DNA from: Octopus bimaculoides
Lineage: Eukaryota
Length of the DNA: 44,930 nucleotides
Direction of reading: 5' to 3'
Assembly (NCBI RefSeq): GCF_001194135.2
Contig: NC_069001.1
Coordinates: forward strand, 7,819,514 to 7,864,443
The position numbers and the translations under genes were made by a program. Within the stretch, counting starts at the first letter, position 1, and each line of letters begins with the position of its first letter. Of this stretch, positions 12,501 through 25,230 are shown piece by piece. The notes beneath the pieces were generated by a model that was not told where the DNA came from, searched no databases, and saw nothing but the letters and a program-made list of their open reading frames with translations.

Positions 12501-13047
12501 NNNNNNNNNNNNNNNNNNNNNNNNNNNNNNNNNNNNNNNNNNNNNNNNNNNNNNNNNNNNNNNNNNNNNNNNNNNNNNNNNNNNNNNNNNNNNNNNNNNN
12601 NNNNNNNNNNNNNNNNNNNNNNNNNNNNNNNNNNNNNNNNNNNNNNNNNNNNNNNNNNNNNNNNNNNNNNNNNNNNNNNNNNNNNNNNNNNNNNNNNNNN
12701 NNNNNNNNNNNNNNNNNNNNNNNNNNNNNNNNNNNNNNNNNNNNNNNNNNNNNNNNNNNNNNNNNNNNNNNNNNNNNNNNNNNNNNNNNNNNNNNNNNNN
12801 NNNNNNNNNNNNNNNNNNNNNNNNNNNNNNNNNNNNNNNNNNNNNNNNNNNNNNNNNNNNNNNNNNNNNNNNNNNNNNNNNNNNNNNNNNNNNNNNNNNN
12901 NNNNNNNNNNNNNNNNNNNNNNNNNNNNNNNNNNNNNNNNNNNNNNNNNNNNNNNNNNNNNNNNNNNNNNNNNNNNNNNNNNNNNNNNNNNNNNNNNNNN
13001 NNNNNNNNNNNNNNNNNNNNNNNNNNNNNNNNNNNNNNNNNNNNNNN

Positions 13048-13117
13048 TTCAGGACGTAAAGATAGACGAAATACCGCTAAGCATTTTCGCCCAGCGTGCT
13101 AACGTTTCTGCCAGCTG
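13048..13117 (-). mobile_element. SINE family A, 5' part
   Basis: gacgaaataccgctaagcattttcgcccagcgtgctaacgtttctgccagct. Confidence 0.8.
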
Positions 13118-13679
13118 TAAAAGAACTCGGAAGATCGGGCCTGAAACCAAGGCCTTTCGCAATACCCTTAAAGCCAGGAATTTTTCAGCATCCCCCTCGT
13201 ACACACAGATGGAATCTAATTAGTACCACGTGACTTGATTTCGCCTGTAAGTTCCACCACCACCACCAAAAAAGAAAAAAACTGCACCGCGGAAGCATGT
13301 AGTCTGCCCTCTCAGCGTCAATGTGGTTGTATCCGAAGTATACACCCGAGCTTTGTCCCCTGTGAGAGAATATGGCCTAATCCGTTTGGAGTGAAACATA
13401 GCTTGGATTTTCAAAGAGAGAGAAAACGCTACCACCTAATTCATACATTACTAATGATCACGAAATCTGGATCAATAAAGGTCAGCAGGACCTGCTTAAA
13501 CGATAACGGGTGAACGGTTGAGCAAAAGATAGTGACAAGAATTGTCTTTCTTTCATTATTTATATATATCGTTATTTTACAATCTGACTGTAAAGCAGGT
13601 GGCAACACAAAATATACATTAAAATTTGCTGTCTGCAAGACATTCATACATTTATAATCATTAATGGAAAAGTCTAGAC

Positions 13680-13791
13680 GTACAAACGTATACATACATA
13701 TGAACATACATACATACACATAAATACATACATACATACACATGCGTATTTATAAATGCATATGTACGTGCATACGTTCATACGTGTATAA

Positions 13792-13869
<78 letters not shown>

Positions 13870-13879
13870 NNNNNNNNNN

Positions 13880-13959
<80 letters not shown>

Positions 13960-14240
13960 ATACATTCATACATACATGCATACATATATACTTACATACA
14001 TACATATATACATGCACACATATATACATTTATACATATATACACACACATACATATATATATATATTCATACATATATATATATATATATTCATACATA
14101 TATATATACATATTCATACATACATATATATGTATATATATATACATTCATACATACATATATACATACACACACACATATATATACATTCATACATACA
14201 TACGTACACACACATACACACATACATACATACATACATA
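13680..14240. repeat. Compound (TACA)n/(CA)n/(TA)n microsatellite field
   Basis: Direct reading. Confidence 0.95.
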
Positions 14241-14335
14241 TGTAAATTTAGCACATAAATACATATGCATGCATCTAGACATAAAAACGCATCCATAAAA
14301 CAAACATACAAATCTGCGCATACACTAACACCAAA

Positions 14336-14377
<42 letters not shown>

Positions 14378-14499
14378 GCACAAATACCTAGATGATGTTG
14401 ATAAAAGTTCCAATGAAGGAGCCTTGAATCTATGTTAGAGTCCGGCTCTTTCTCTATGGACAAGAAATACAGAAATGAAACTGATTGATAACATACATA

Positions 14500-14930
14500 A
14501 GTTCATACAAGACAAAGTATGTACTGTCATAGAAGTCAGCTGCTCTGCTGATGTGAATATTTCTTCGAAAAAGAGGATAGCCATGAACATCTGCTACGAA
14601 ACCTTCAGCTTCCAAACAAATTATAAATTCACATGTATACCAATAATAATTTATGCTCTTGGTTTTGTGAGTAAATGCCTACCGAAGAAGGCATTGCTTC
14701 GTAAGAATCAATCTGGAAAAGCTAAGATTTTCAGATTAAGAAATCAAACAGGTAACTCGCACATTACGAATACTATTAGTATGCAGAGCAGTAAGAATAT
14801 GCACGGCTTCTCAAGGTCATAATGTGATATTGTTTTTGTTATTATATTCCATTTATGGATCTTTGTATCTTTGTTACAAATCACCTCCTTCCTTATAGGA
14901 AGATTTCAAAGGATTAAAACAGAAGAGAAC
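14500..14930 (+). mobile_element. R4/Dong-like RLE LINE 3' fragment (endonuclease C-terminus + 3' UTR)
   Basis: DKVCTVIEVSCSADVNISSK, LLRNLQL and YKFTCIPIIIYALGFVSKCL match the PD-(D/E)xK restriction-like endonuclease tail. Ends agaagagaacGTACATACAT. Confidence 0.8.
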
Positions 14931-14940
14931 GTACATACAT

Positions 14941-15205
14941 TTATATCAGTAGTATTGGTTGTAATCTGGTAAAGCTAGGATTTTCAAGCAAAGAAAGCGA
15001 CCGGTTAATACGATCTTTACAGATAAAATTTCTAAGTGGAGCAGTAAAAATATGCAAGACTTTCTTAAAGTGAGATATATAATAATCATCGTGTTTGTTT
15101 CTAGTGATAGAGTTTTTGTTTCTTTGGCAGAAACTAGCTCTCCCTTTCTAACAAGAATGCTAATAAATGAAAAAAAAAAGATAAAAAAACGGAGTAAAGG
15201 CAAGC
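14941..15205 (+). mobile_element. Second R4/Dong-like LINE 3' end, tandem to the previous one
   Basis: NLVKLGFSSKESDRLIRSLQIKFLSGAVKICKTFLK*, then a 3' UTR and a caagcGTACATACATAC junction. Confidence 0.8.
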
Positions 15206-15269
15206 GTACATACATACATACGTATGTACGTACATACATAAAAGACCCTGTTTGGTCATGAATTACCAC

Positions 15270-16230
15270 TAACGCCAAAACTACTCCCACCACTACTATT
15301 ATTACTACCACCACCACAACCACCGCCACTACTACTTCTACTATTATTACCACTAGGGCTACTACTGTAGCAGCTTGAATAGCAACTAGAACTACAACCA
15401 CAACTACTACTACTATATAGAACAACAACAACCACTACTACTACTACTACTACTACTATTATTGCTGTTACTTATTATTATTATTATTGCAGCAACTACG
15501 AAAACAACAAGAGCAGCACCATCACCGCCAGCAGCATCAGTAGCAGCACCACCACCACCAACAACAACAACAACTGCAACATGTATATCTCAAACTTGTC
15601 TTCCATTTTGAATGGTTCTCGGATATATTCAGTAACCGTAAAAACAACAATAACAACAACAACAAAACAATAGCAGCAGCAGCAACAGCTGCAACGACAA
15701 TAATCAATTCAGCAGCAGCAGCAGCAATAACAACAACAACAATAACTGCAACCGCAGCAGCAAAGGCAACAATAACCAGAACAGCAGCAGCAGTAACAAC
15801 AACAACGATACCAACAACAAATACATTAGAAGCAGCATCAACAGTAGTAGTAACAATAGTAATATTAGCAACAACAAGAATAACAACAACAACACAAACA
15901 ACAGCAGCAGCAGCAGCAACTGCAAACAACAACAACATCAACAAAAACAACAACAGCAACGACGGCAACAACAACAACAACAACACAAACAGCAATGATG
16001 GCAGCAACAAGGACAACATTCACAACAACGGCACCATCATCAACGACAGCGACAACAACAACAGCAACCACAACTGCAGCAGCAACAACAACAACAAATA
16101 TACATTGGCAGCAGCATCAACAACAACAGCAATAACAAAAAAAAAACAAAAAAAAACCCACAGCAATAGCAACACCACCAACGTCAACAACAACATCAGC
16201 GGCGACGACAACAAAAATGAAACCAACAAG
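15270..16230. repeat. Mosaic trinucleotide low-complexity tract (ACT/ACC/CAA/CAG)
   Basis: Direct reading. Confidence 0.9.
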
Positions 16231-16419
16231 AAAAACTCTACCTACAATAATATATTGTAAAGACACCCAATGAAATATTGGCCAGGAATGTTGATGTTAA
16301 AAATCTTTTATATTTCTCCGCCGCGCCACCCCTACCCCCCTCCACCTATCCACCCTTTATTCCTCCCCCGAGACAACTTCAAATCTATTTTCATTCAGTT
16401 TAACATTTCTCTCCGCAAC

Positions 16420-16865
16420 ATTATCTCTCCTTCTTTCTCTCTTTCTCTTTGTGTCTGTTCCTGTCCAAAAACCCACATTTCTAACTTTTCTTCTCTTTTC
16501 AGAGGATTTTTATCATTTTTCTATGAGCAATCAACATTTATGTACTTTTACTCTTCGTCATTCTTCATTCTCCAGCTCTTCTTCTTCTTCTTTCTTCATC
16601 TCTTCTTATTCTTCTTCTTCATTCTTCTTCTTTTTCTTTATTCTTCTTCTTCTTTCCTCCTCCTCTTTTCCTTTGCTTTCTTTTTCTCCTCCGTTTTCTT
16701 TCTCTTCTTTTCCCTTCTCCATCTTCTTCTCCTCCTTCTTTCTTCTTCTCCATTTTCTCCTCCTCCTCCTCCTCTTCGTCCCCCTCATCTGTGACTGCCT
16801 TGGTATGTTCATTCTGTCTATATTTCCTACTCTTTTTCGTGAGAGTGTGTGTGTGTGTGACATTT

Positions 16866-16928
<63 letters not shown>

Positions 16929-17113
16929 CTCTTTTTCTCTCTCTCTCTTCCTGTCTCTCTCTCGCTCAAGATATCATCCCGAATGTTCACTATCTTTTCT
17001 TGTTTCTCCCTCTCTACCTTTTCTCTCTCTCTCCCTCATCTCTCTCTTTCTCTCTGTCAATCTCTCCTCTCTTTCCCTCCACTCTTTCTCTCCACTCTCT
17101 CCCTCCCTCTTTT

Positions 17114-17150
<37 letters not shown>
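16420..17150. repeat. Polypyrimidine tract with (CTT)n and (CT)n
   Basis: Direct reading. Confidence 0.9.
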
Positions 17151-17154
<4 letters not shown>

Positions 17155-17956
17155 AACTATCAACAAAAAACATATCAAAAACAAGACTTCATGACAAATT
17201 CTAAAATTCGATCCACTAACGAACTTAACTCTTCATCTGCCTTTTGCTTGTCATCTTCCTCAATTCTTAACCTGTAAACTAAACGATTCAATTCACAGGC
17301 AAAAAAATATATATATTACTTCATCTCACATCAACACACACTTCCATATTTATTTCCCAAACTCTTTTACCCCGACGCTACTTACCCTCAACTCTAACGA
17401 CAGCACCATGTTAACGTTAATGTTGCTCTCCTTAACATTTCAAATCTTCCATTTTATGACACTAAAATACAGTGTTAGTCTACAGGTGATGACGTCATAT
17501 TTTTCTATTCTCAATAATCAATATGTCTGCCGTCAAAAATACCGCTTAATTTTTATCAAGACAATATTGCACTTCCTGCAACATGCTGAGGACCGACCTC
17601 GGGAATATATATATAATTCATTCACATTGTGATATTAATTTAGTAACATCACTTTGTGTTCGCTGTTACACACAAATATATACAGCCAAAAAATGTACAC
17701 AAACAAAACACACATACACATGCACACACACATAAATACACATATAGACGAGCACGCACTAACACACGTATGTATGTATGTATGTATGTATGTATGTATG
17801 TATGTACTTACGTACGTATGTATGTATGTATGTATGTGTGTATGAATGGATGTATTTATGTGCGTATGTATGTAAGCATTCAAAATTTCATTGGTCTATA
17901 TGGAATTTTATATATATATAGTATATATATAACACACACACATATATATAAATATA

Positions 17957-17987
<31 letters not shown>

Positions 17988-18479
17988 NNNNNNNNNNNNN
18001 NNNNNNNNNNNNNNNNNNNNNNNNNNNNNNNNNNNNNNNNNNNNNNNNNNNNNNNNNNNNNNNNNNNNNNNNNNNNNNNNNNNNNNNNNNNNNNNNNNNN
18101 NNNNNNNNNNNNNNNNNNNNNNNNNNNNNNNNNNNNNNNNNNNNNNNNNNNNNNNNNNNNNNNNNNNNNNNNNNNNNNNNNNNNNNNNNNNNNNNNNNNN
18201 NNNNNNNNNNNNNNNNNNNNNNNNNNNNNNNNNNNNNNNNNNNNNNNNNNNNNNNNNNNNNNNNNNNNNNNNNNNNNNNNNNNNNNNNNNNNNNNNNNNN
18301 NNNNNNNNNNNNNNNNNNNNNNNNNNNNNNNNNNNNNNNNNNNNNNNNNNNNNNNNNNNNNNNNNNNNNNNNNNNNNNNNNNNNNNNNNNNNNNNNNNNN
18401 NNNNNNNNNNNNNNNNNNNNNNNNNNNNNNNNNNNNNNNNNNNNNNNNNNNNNNNNNNNNNNNNNNNNNNNNNNNNNNN

Positions 18480-18549
<70 letters not shown>

Positions 18550-18682
18550 ATGTGTGTGTACATATAGGTATGTATTTATGTACCTATATTGCTTCTATAC
18601 ATTCACAAGTATATATATATATAAATACTTATATACACGCATAGATATTTACACACACACATATACACACACACATACACAA

Positions 18683-18717
<35 letters not shown>

Positions 18718-18834
18718 ACAAACAATCACCTTCACCTCTTCTCTAATTGCATTCCATCAGTCTCAGTGAAAGACGCATTTCTTTATTGCCAGAGTCGAGA
18801 GAAGAAACACAAGGCAGAGAAATAATTACAACAT

Positions 18835-18865
18835 CGACAGCAACAACAACAACAACAACAACACC

Positions 18866-18896
<31 letters not shown>

Positions 18897-19385
18897 CCAA
18901 TGACAACCACCACCAAACACCACCACCACAGCAATAACAACAGCAACAACGACAATGACAACAACAGCGTCAGCAAAAAGTACAATGGCAGCAACGACAA
19001 ACTTCAGCACAACAGAATCGAGCAAAAAAAATACCCAATAAAAATACAAATACGCCGCTGCCCCCGCCGCCACCACCACCGTTCCTATAACCATCACAAG
19101 AACCAACCACCACCACCACCACCACCAGCAGCAGCAGCAGCAGCAGCAATGAAAACTGTCTTTGTAACAACAGCAACAAGAACATCAATCGCAACCTCAA
19201 CAACGACCACGGCCACATCAACCACAAAAATAACAAAACCACAACAACCTCAACGACTACACCTACTACTACTACTACTACTATACTACTACTACTTCTA
19301 CTACAACAATAACTACTACAACTACTTCTACAACTACAACAGCACAGCAGAAATAACTACTACTACTACTACTACTACAATAACA
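18835..19385. repeat. (CAA)n/(CAC)n/(CAG)n/(CTA)n mosaic tract
   Basis: Direct reading. Confidence 0.9.
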
Positions 19386-19586
19386 TCAATAATCATCCAA
19401 TAAAATGTATAAAAAGGAAACTAACTATAATGGCACCTTGTCTGAACCCTACAGAACTCCCCTTTTGAACTCATTTTACCTTTTATATCGATATTAAGTT
19501 TTAGTTTACTCTTTTGTTTTTTGAATATTATTATCATCATTATTATTATTGTTATTGTTGTTATTACTATGATTATTATTATTGTT

Positions 19587-19617
<31 letters not shown>

Positions 19618-20125
19618 TTATTTTCTTTTCAGTTTTCCCCTCCCCCATTTCAACTTTCGATATATTTTTTTTTCTCCTTATTTCTTTCATCTGATTTCTT
19701 TCTTTCAGTCAGTCTATATTTAATTGCGATATCTTGCTTGTTTGCCAGATATTTATCGATCGATTTCCATCTTCCAAAAATGGTCTTGGAACATGCCAAT
19801 AACAAGTTCCTACAATCTAAGTTATTCCATCATTTTCAATTGTTACTTTAATTGAACTTAAAACCGTTCTTGTAATTCTTAATAATATCATCGTGGCCCA
19901 AATTTGCCAATAAAAAAACTAGAAAGTTTTGCTTATAGTTCTGGGACTGCAGGACCGTATTATTGTGTATATATATATATATATATTGTTTGCGTCTAAC
20001 TTATATATATAACATTGTTTGCGTCTAACTTAACGGACGGCTCTACATTATACAACGCAGAGTAGATAAAAGAAAATCTTTAAACGATCAAATCAAAGAA
20101 TATCAAGTAAAGACCCTGAACAACA

Positions 20126-20289
20126 GATGCTGGTGTGTTTACGTCCCCGTCACTTAGCGGTTCGGCAAAAGAGACCGATAGAATAAGTACTAGGCTTACA
20201 AAGATGAAGTCCTGTGGTCGATTTGCTCGACTAAAGGCGGTGCTCCAGCATGGCCGCAGTCAAATGACTGAAACAAGTAAAAGAATATA
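20126..20289 (+). mobile_element. SINE 3' module D
   Basis: gatgctggtgtgtttacgtccccgtcacttagcggttcggcaaaagagaccgatagaataagtac...ggcggtgctccagcatggccgcagtcaaatgactgaaacaagtaaaaga. Confidence 0.85.
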
Positions 20290-20339
20290 NNNNNNNNNNN
20301 NNNNNNNNNNNNNNNNNNNNNNNNNNNNNNNATATATAT

Positions 20340-20525
20340 ATGGGAGAATTTACGGAAAAAACAACAGACGAAGACAGGTGGTGTAAACAACAAATGGATG
20401 TATTAGTTTAACGCTCGGGAACAGAGAAAGTCTTTGACGTTTTGAGGCTACGCTCTTCAACTGAAAGGAACACAGAAAGAAATAAGGAGAGAAACAAGGA
20501 GAAAAAAATATAAATGTAGTGGTCA
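20340..20525 (-). mobile_element. Unclassified interspersed repeat, possibly Penelope-like terminal region
   Basis: Reverse strand ttgaagagcgtagcctcaaaacgtcaaagac resembles the TGAAGA...CGAAACG signature of Penelope-like ends (recalled, not searched). Confidence 0.3.
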
Positions 20526-20555
20526 GCGATCTATCATGGCGAATGCCGGACTGAA

Positions 20556-20875
20556 GGCGCGTAGCTTACTGGTTAGGGTATTCGTCTCACGGTCGTAGGG
20601 GCGCGAGTTCGATTCCCGGCGATGCGTTGTCTCCTTGAGCAAGACACTTTATTTCACGTTTGTCCAGTCCACTCAGCTGGCAAAAATGAATAGTACCTGT
20701 ATCTCAAAGGGCCAGCCTTATCACACTCTGTGTCACGCTGAATCCCTCTGAGAGCAACGTTAAAGGTACGTATGTCTGTGGAGTGCTCAGCCACTTACTC
20801 GTCAGTTTCACGAGCAGGCTGTTCCTTTGATTGTTTCAACTGGAACATTCGTCGTCGTAACCGACGGAGTGCCAG
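20556..20875 (+). mobile_element. tRNA-derived SINE family C, full length
   Basis: Head ggcgcgtagcttactggttagggtattc...gagttcgattcccggc; V/CORE-like tccttgagcaagacacttt; homologous to 37153-37439. Confidence 0.9.
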
Positions 20876-21159
20876 TTATAGGATTCAATAGAATCTAGGT
20901 ACATCGATGCGTAGGACGCCAGAAATGGCTAGGCATAATAACATAGGACTCACAGTGAGGCAAAACAACCACAAAAGCATCAGATGTTGATAGAATGCTG
21001 TAGATATGTAAGAACCAAATCCAGTTTAAACCGTACATCTGATTCAGAGCTGGTTCTACGCTCGACGCAGGTATAACAAAAAACCGCAAATGGTATTTGA
21101 AATTTAAAATTTAATAGCTGTTGTAAATTTTAAATGCCGTTTGTGTTCTTTTTTTATAC

Positions 21160-21195
<36 letters not shown>

Positions 21196-21299
21196 GTAAG
21201 CATGTGGGTTCAAAACCAGGTGGAAAAAATAGTACTCGAATACCAAAGGTAGAGTAAAATACTATTTTACTGAAGCGGAAAAAAACTTCGCAAACTATT

Positions 21300-21318
21300 G
21301 TTACTTTCTCTCACTCAC

Positions 21319-21395
<77 letters not shown>

Positions 21396-22270
21396 CTCCT
21401 CCTCCTCCTCCTCTGTTTCTCATATTTCTTTTTCACCCTTTCTTTCTCATCTTTTCCTCATCCATTTGCTTATTCTATTATACATTTTATTATATTTTTT
21501 TTTAATTCTCTATTTTATATCTTCTTTACTTGAATAGTTTTTGATCTCTTAAATCTTGCTTCATTTCTTCATTCAATTTTCGCTTCTCTTTGTTCGTCTA
21601 ATTTCACGTCTTTTATTCCGCTATTTTCTTTGCAATATATCTTTCCTTCTTTTATACTTTCTTTATTTGTTTCTTTCCTTACTTCTTTTTTCTTCTTTTC
21701 TTCGTTAGTTCCTTCTTTCATTGTTTCATTCTTTTTCCTTTTTTTCCCCACTTTTTGTTTGTTTCTTTCCTTCCTGCTTTCTTTCTCCGTTTACCATTTT
21801 CTCTCTTTCTTTCCTTCATTTTTCCTTTCGTTGTTTCATTCTTTCCTTCTTTATTCCTTTATCATTTGTTTCTTTCCTTCTTTATATATTTCTGTCCTTG
21901 TTTCTTTCTTTCCTTCCTCCATTTTGTTTCTCTCCTATCCTTCTTCCTTTCGTTCATTTTCCTTGATTCTCTCTTTCCTTCTACCTCTTTCTCTCCCATC
22001 TTTCCTTCTCCGTTTTCTACCATTTCCTTTCCACTCCAAACTCGCCATATTTTCATCTATTCTCCATTTTAAACTTTATTTTCTTATTTCTTTTCCTTCC
22101 TCTATTTTTTACAATTTTATTACCTTTTGCGTAATTTGTCTTCATTTTATCAGAATATGTTCTTCTTCCGTTTCTTTCTTAACTTCCCTCTTCCTGAATT
22201 CTTACACTTTTCTTTCTATAAATCTCCTCTTCATTTCTCTTTTTCCCTAACCCTCTCCCGCCTCGCTCTC
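21300..22270. repeat. About 1 kb polypyrimidine low-complexity tract starting with (CT)n
   Basis: Direct reading. Confidence 0.9.
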
Positions 22271-22731
22271 TATCTCTCTAACACTACCACCACCACCAGT
22301 ACCACCACAGTACTATCAATGTCCACGTTGTAAAACACACACACACACATATATATCATCCACCAGTTGGTCGTCTGCATGTTTCATTTGATGATGTCAC
22401 GTTACAAGGTAAACTCGTCTGCTTCTACCACCACCGTCACAACCACCATCAACACCACAACAACATCACTACTACTACGCTACCACTTACACTACTACTA
22501 CTACTAACCACCACACCCACTGCTACTACCACCACCACATTTTATATCCTCAAAACCACACATTATTCCGCTGCACTTTCAAACTCTTTCCCTCGTTCAT
22601 TGGAGAAAACCTTCAGGCTTAATGGCCACCTGCACGCCATGAACCAAAGTGGGGCTTTCATTTTTTTTTCTCTGCTTTTTCCCTTCTTTTACACATACAG
22701 AATTGGAGTTTCCAGAGACAGGATGGCGTCA

Positions 22732-22776
<45 letters not shown>

Positions 22777-22965
22777 TTATATATGTATATAAGCATATAC
22801 ATACACACATATACATATGTATATATGTATATTTATATATATATATGCACACACACACACACACATATGTATATATATATAGATAGATATATGTGTATAT
22901 ATGTATATATATTCAAGTATCTATATGTATTTAAATATATATATATATATGGGGTGGGGTGTAAC

Positions 22966-23174
22966 GGCGGCGAGCTGACAATAGTTAAGACGCCATACAA
23001 AATGCTTAATGGCATTTTGTCCATCTTTATGTTGAGTTCGAAATCCGCCCAGATCGACTTTGCCATTCGTACTGTCGAGGTCGATAAGATAAGTACGTGT
23101 CAAGTATGGACGTCGATGTAATCAGCTTCACCCTCCTCTCAAAAACTGTTGACCTTACGCCGAGGCTTTGAAAC
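22966..23174 (+). mobile_element. SINE family A, diverged
   Basis: ggcggcgagctgacaatagttaag...gagttcgaaatccgcccagatcgactttgcc. Confidence 0.8.
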
Positions 23175-23207
23175 ACACACACACACACACACACATGTAT
23201 ATAAATA

Positions 23208-23367
23208 TATACGACGAGCTCCTTTCAGTTTCCGTCTACCAAATCCACTCACAAGGTTTTGCTCGGCTCGAGGCCATAGTAGAAGACACTGGCCCAAGGT
23301 GCCACGCAGTGGGGCTGAACCTGGAACCATGTGGTTGAGAAGCAAGCTACTTACCACACAGCCACTC
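23208..23367 (-). mobile_element. SINE family B
   Basis: tttcagtttccgtctaccaaatccactcacaagg...cccaaggtgccacgcagtgggg...ccacacagccactc. Confidence 0.9.
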
Positions 23368-23403
23368 NNNNNNNNNNTATATATATATATACATACATAT
23401 ATA

Positions 23404-23711
23404 TAAACTTTGCTTTTCATCACTCCGGGGTCGATGAAATTAAGTACCAGTCGAGCACTGGGGTTGACGGTATAAATTTGGCCCTTCCCCTAAAAATTGT
23501 TAGCTTGTACTTAGATTACTACTACTACTACTACTACTAAGTGCGGTGAGATGGCAAATTCATTAGCACACCGGACAAAATGCTTAGTGACATTTCGTTC
23601 GTCTTTATGTCCTGGGTTCAATTTCCGCCGAGTTCAACTTTACCGTTCATCATTTCGAGGTCGACTAGTCCCCTTCCCAGAAATTTCAAGCTTTGTGCCT
23701 ATAGTAGAAAC
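23404..23711 (+). mobile_element. Two tandem SINE family A copies separated by (ACT)n
   Basis: tttcatcactccggggtcgatgaaattaagtaccag; then gcggtgagatggcaaattcattagcac...tagaaac followed by (ATT)n. Confidence 0.8.
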
Positions 23712-23722
23712 GATTATTATTA

Positions 23723-23753
<31 letters not shown>

Positions 23754-23903
23754 TATTATTATTCAGCTATCAAATTTCCATTACGTGGTTTTCCCCCGCT
23801 CTTCCGAGAGCTTTGTTTTGCTCTATTTGTCTGTATTTTATTGAAAGCACTTTATATAATATGCGTGGAACCGCTTTTAATGCCATATGCTCTGTGTGTG
23901 TGA

Positions 23904-23956
<53 letters not shown>

Positions 23957-24356
23957 TGTATGTATGTATAAGGTTATATGCTTCATTCCGTGTGTTTTTC
24001 TTAATCATTCACAAGGCGCATATTATTAAAGGGATTTTCTTGTTTTTAAGTTCCCACTCTTTTGTTTATCTCTATTTCCAGATAATTTTTCTATTTCTTT
24101 CGTAGGAAAATTCTCGCCTCTTGGGATTTGTATTTCGATTAGGAGCCACTGGNNNNNNNNNNNNNNNNNNNNNNNNNNNNNNNNNNNNNNNNNNNNNNNN
24201 NNNNNNNNNNNNNNNNNNNNNNNNNNNNNNNNNNNNNNNNNNNNNNNNNNNNNNNNNNNNNNNNNNNNNNNNNNNNNNNNNNNNNNNNNNNNNNNNNNNN
24301 NNNNNNNNNNNNNNNNNNNNNNNNNNNNNNNNNNNNNNNNNNNNNNNNNNNNNNNN

Positions 24357-24392
<36 letters not shown>

Positions 24393-24594
24393 GCATATAC
24401 GTCTATATATATATATATATGAATCCAGCAGATTTGTCTTAATCTTTCAGTGTGAATAACATATTCCAGTGCCTTTTGCAGAGAACTTTTCGATTGCATG
24501 CCTAGAGCCACAACTCTTTCAAGTCTGTATCATCATCACCATCCTTCTTCTTATTATTATTCTTATTCTTCTTCTTATTATTATTATTATTATT

Positions 24595-24805
24595 AAGGCA
24601 TCGAGTTGGGAGAATTGTTAGCACGCCGGGCAAAATGATTAGCGGTATTTCGTCTGTGCCTACGCTCTGAGTTCGAATTCCGCTGAGGTCGACTTTGCCT
24701 TTCATCCTTTCGATCGATAAAATTCGTACCAGTTAAACACGGGGATCCATGTGATCGACTTGCCCCTTCCCTCAAAGTTGCTGGCCTTTAGCCAAAACTT
24801 GAAAC
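24595..24805 (+). mobile_element. SINE family A, full length, between (ATT)n tracts
   Basis: aaggcatcgagttgggagaattgttagcacgccgggcaaaatg...gaggtcgactttgcctttcatcctttcg...cttgaaac. Confidence 0.9.
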
Positions 24806-24846
24806 TATTATTATTATTATTAATAATAATGCTATTGTTACTGCTG

Positions 24847-24890
<44 letters not shown>

Positions 24891-25230
24891 GTATCTCCCA
24901 TACTTAGCTTAATACTAAAGGTGCATTAATGCACCAGTTGTTCATCATTGAAAATGGTAAACATAAGAAAACTCACCCCCACCCCACCTAAAGCAAGTCC
25001 TGAAAACGATAGACCCAGATAGAAGGATGAAGTCACTACAATGTATATAAAATGTGGACGGACATCTGAAGGAAAGCAGTTCTCGCTTGAAGATCGCCAC
25101 GGCATTAAATTCTGTACATTTTGAATATACACATACACATTCACATAAACGCTTAGACACACACATATAAATAATTATGTATGTATGCGTGTATGTATGT
25201 ATTTATGTGTATTTATGTATGTATGTATGT

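Noticed and set aside
17380-17470. Minus-strand G|GTAAGT donor with a possible exon
   Set aside because: All three frames are closed from the best acceptor.
17583-17625. CTGAGGA-ccg(acct)cgg-GAAT hammerhead-like motif
   Set aside because: GAAA core broken, no stem I, and stem III is just (TA)n.
20430-20465. Minus-strand TTGAAGA...CAAAACG as a hammerhead
   Set aside because: C3 and G12 are absent and stems II/III do not pair canonically.
20556-20630. tRNA gene
   Set aside because: It is the tRNA-derived head of SINE family C; no full cloverleaf, and it continues into SINE body.
22655-22735. Strong pyrimidine tract and cag| acceptor at 22700
   Set aside because: Runs into (GT)n with no credible donor; such tracts are common here.
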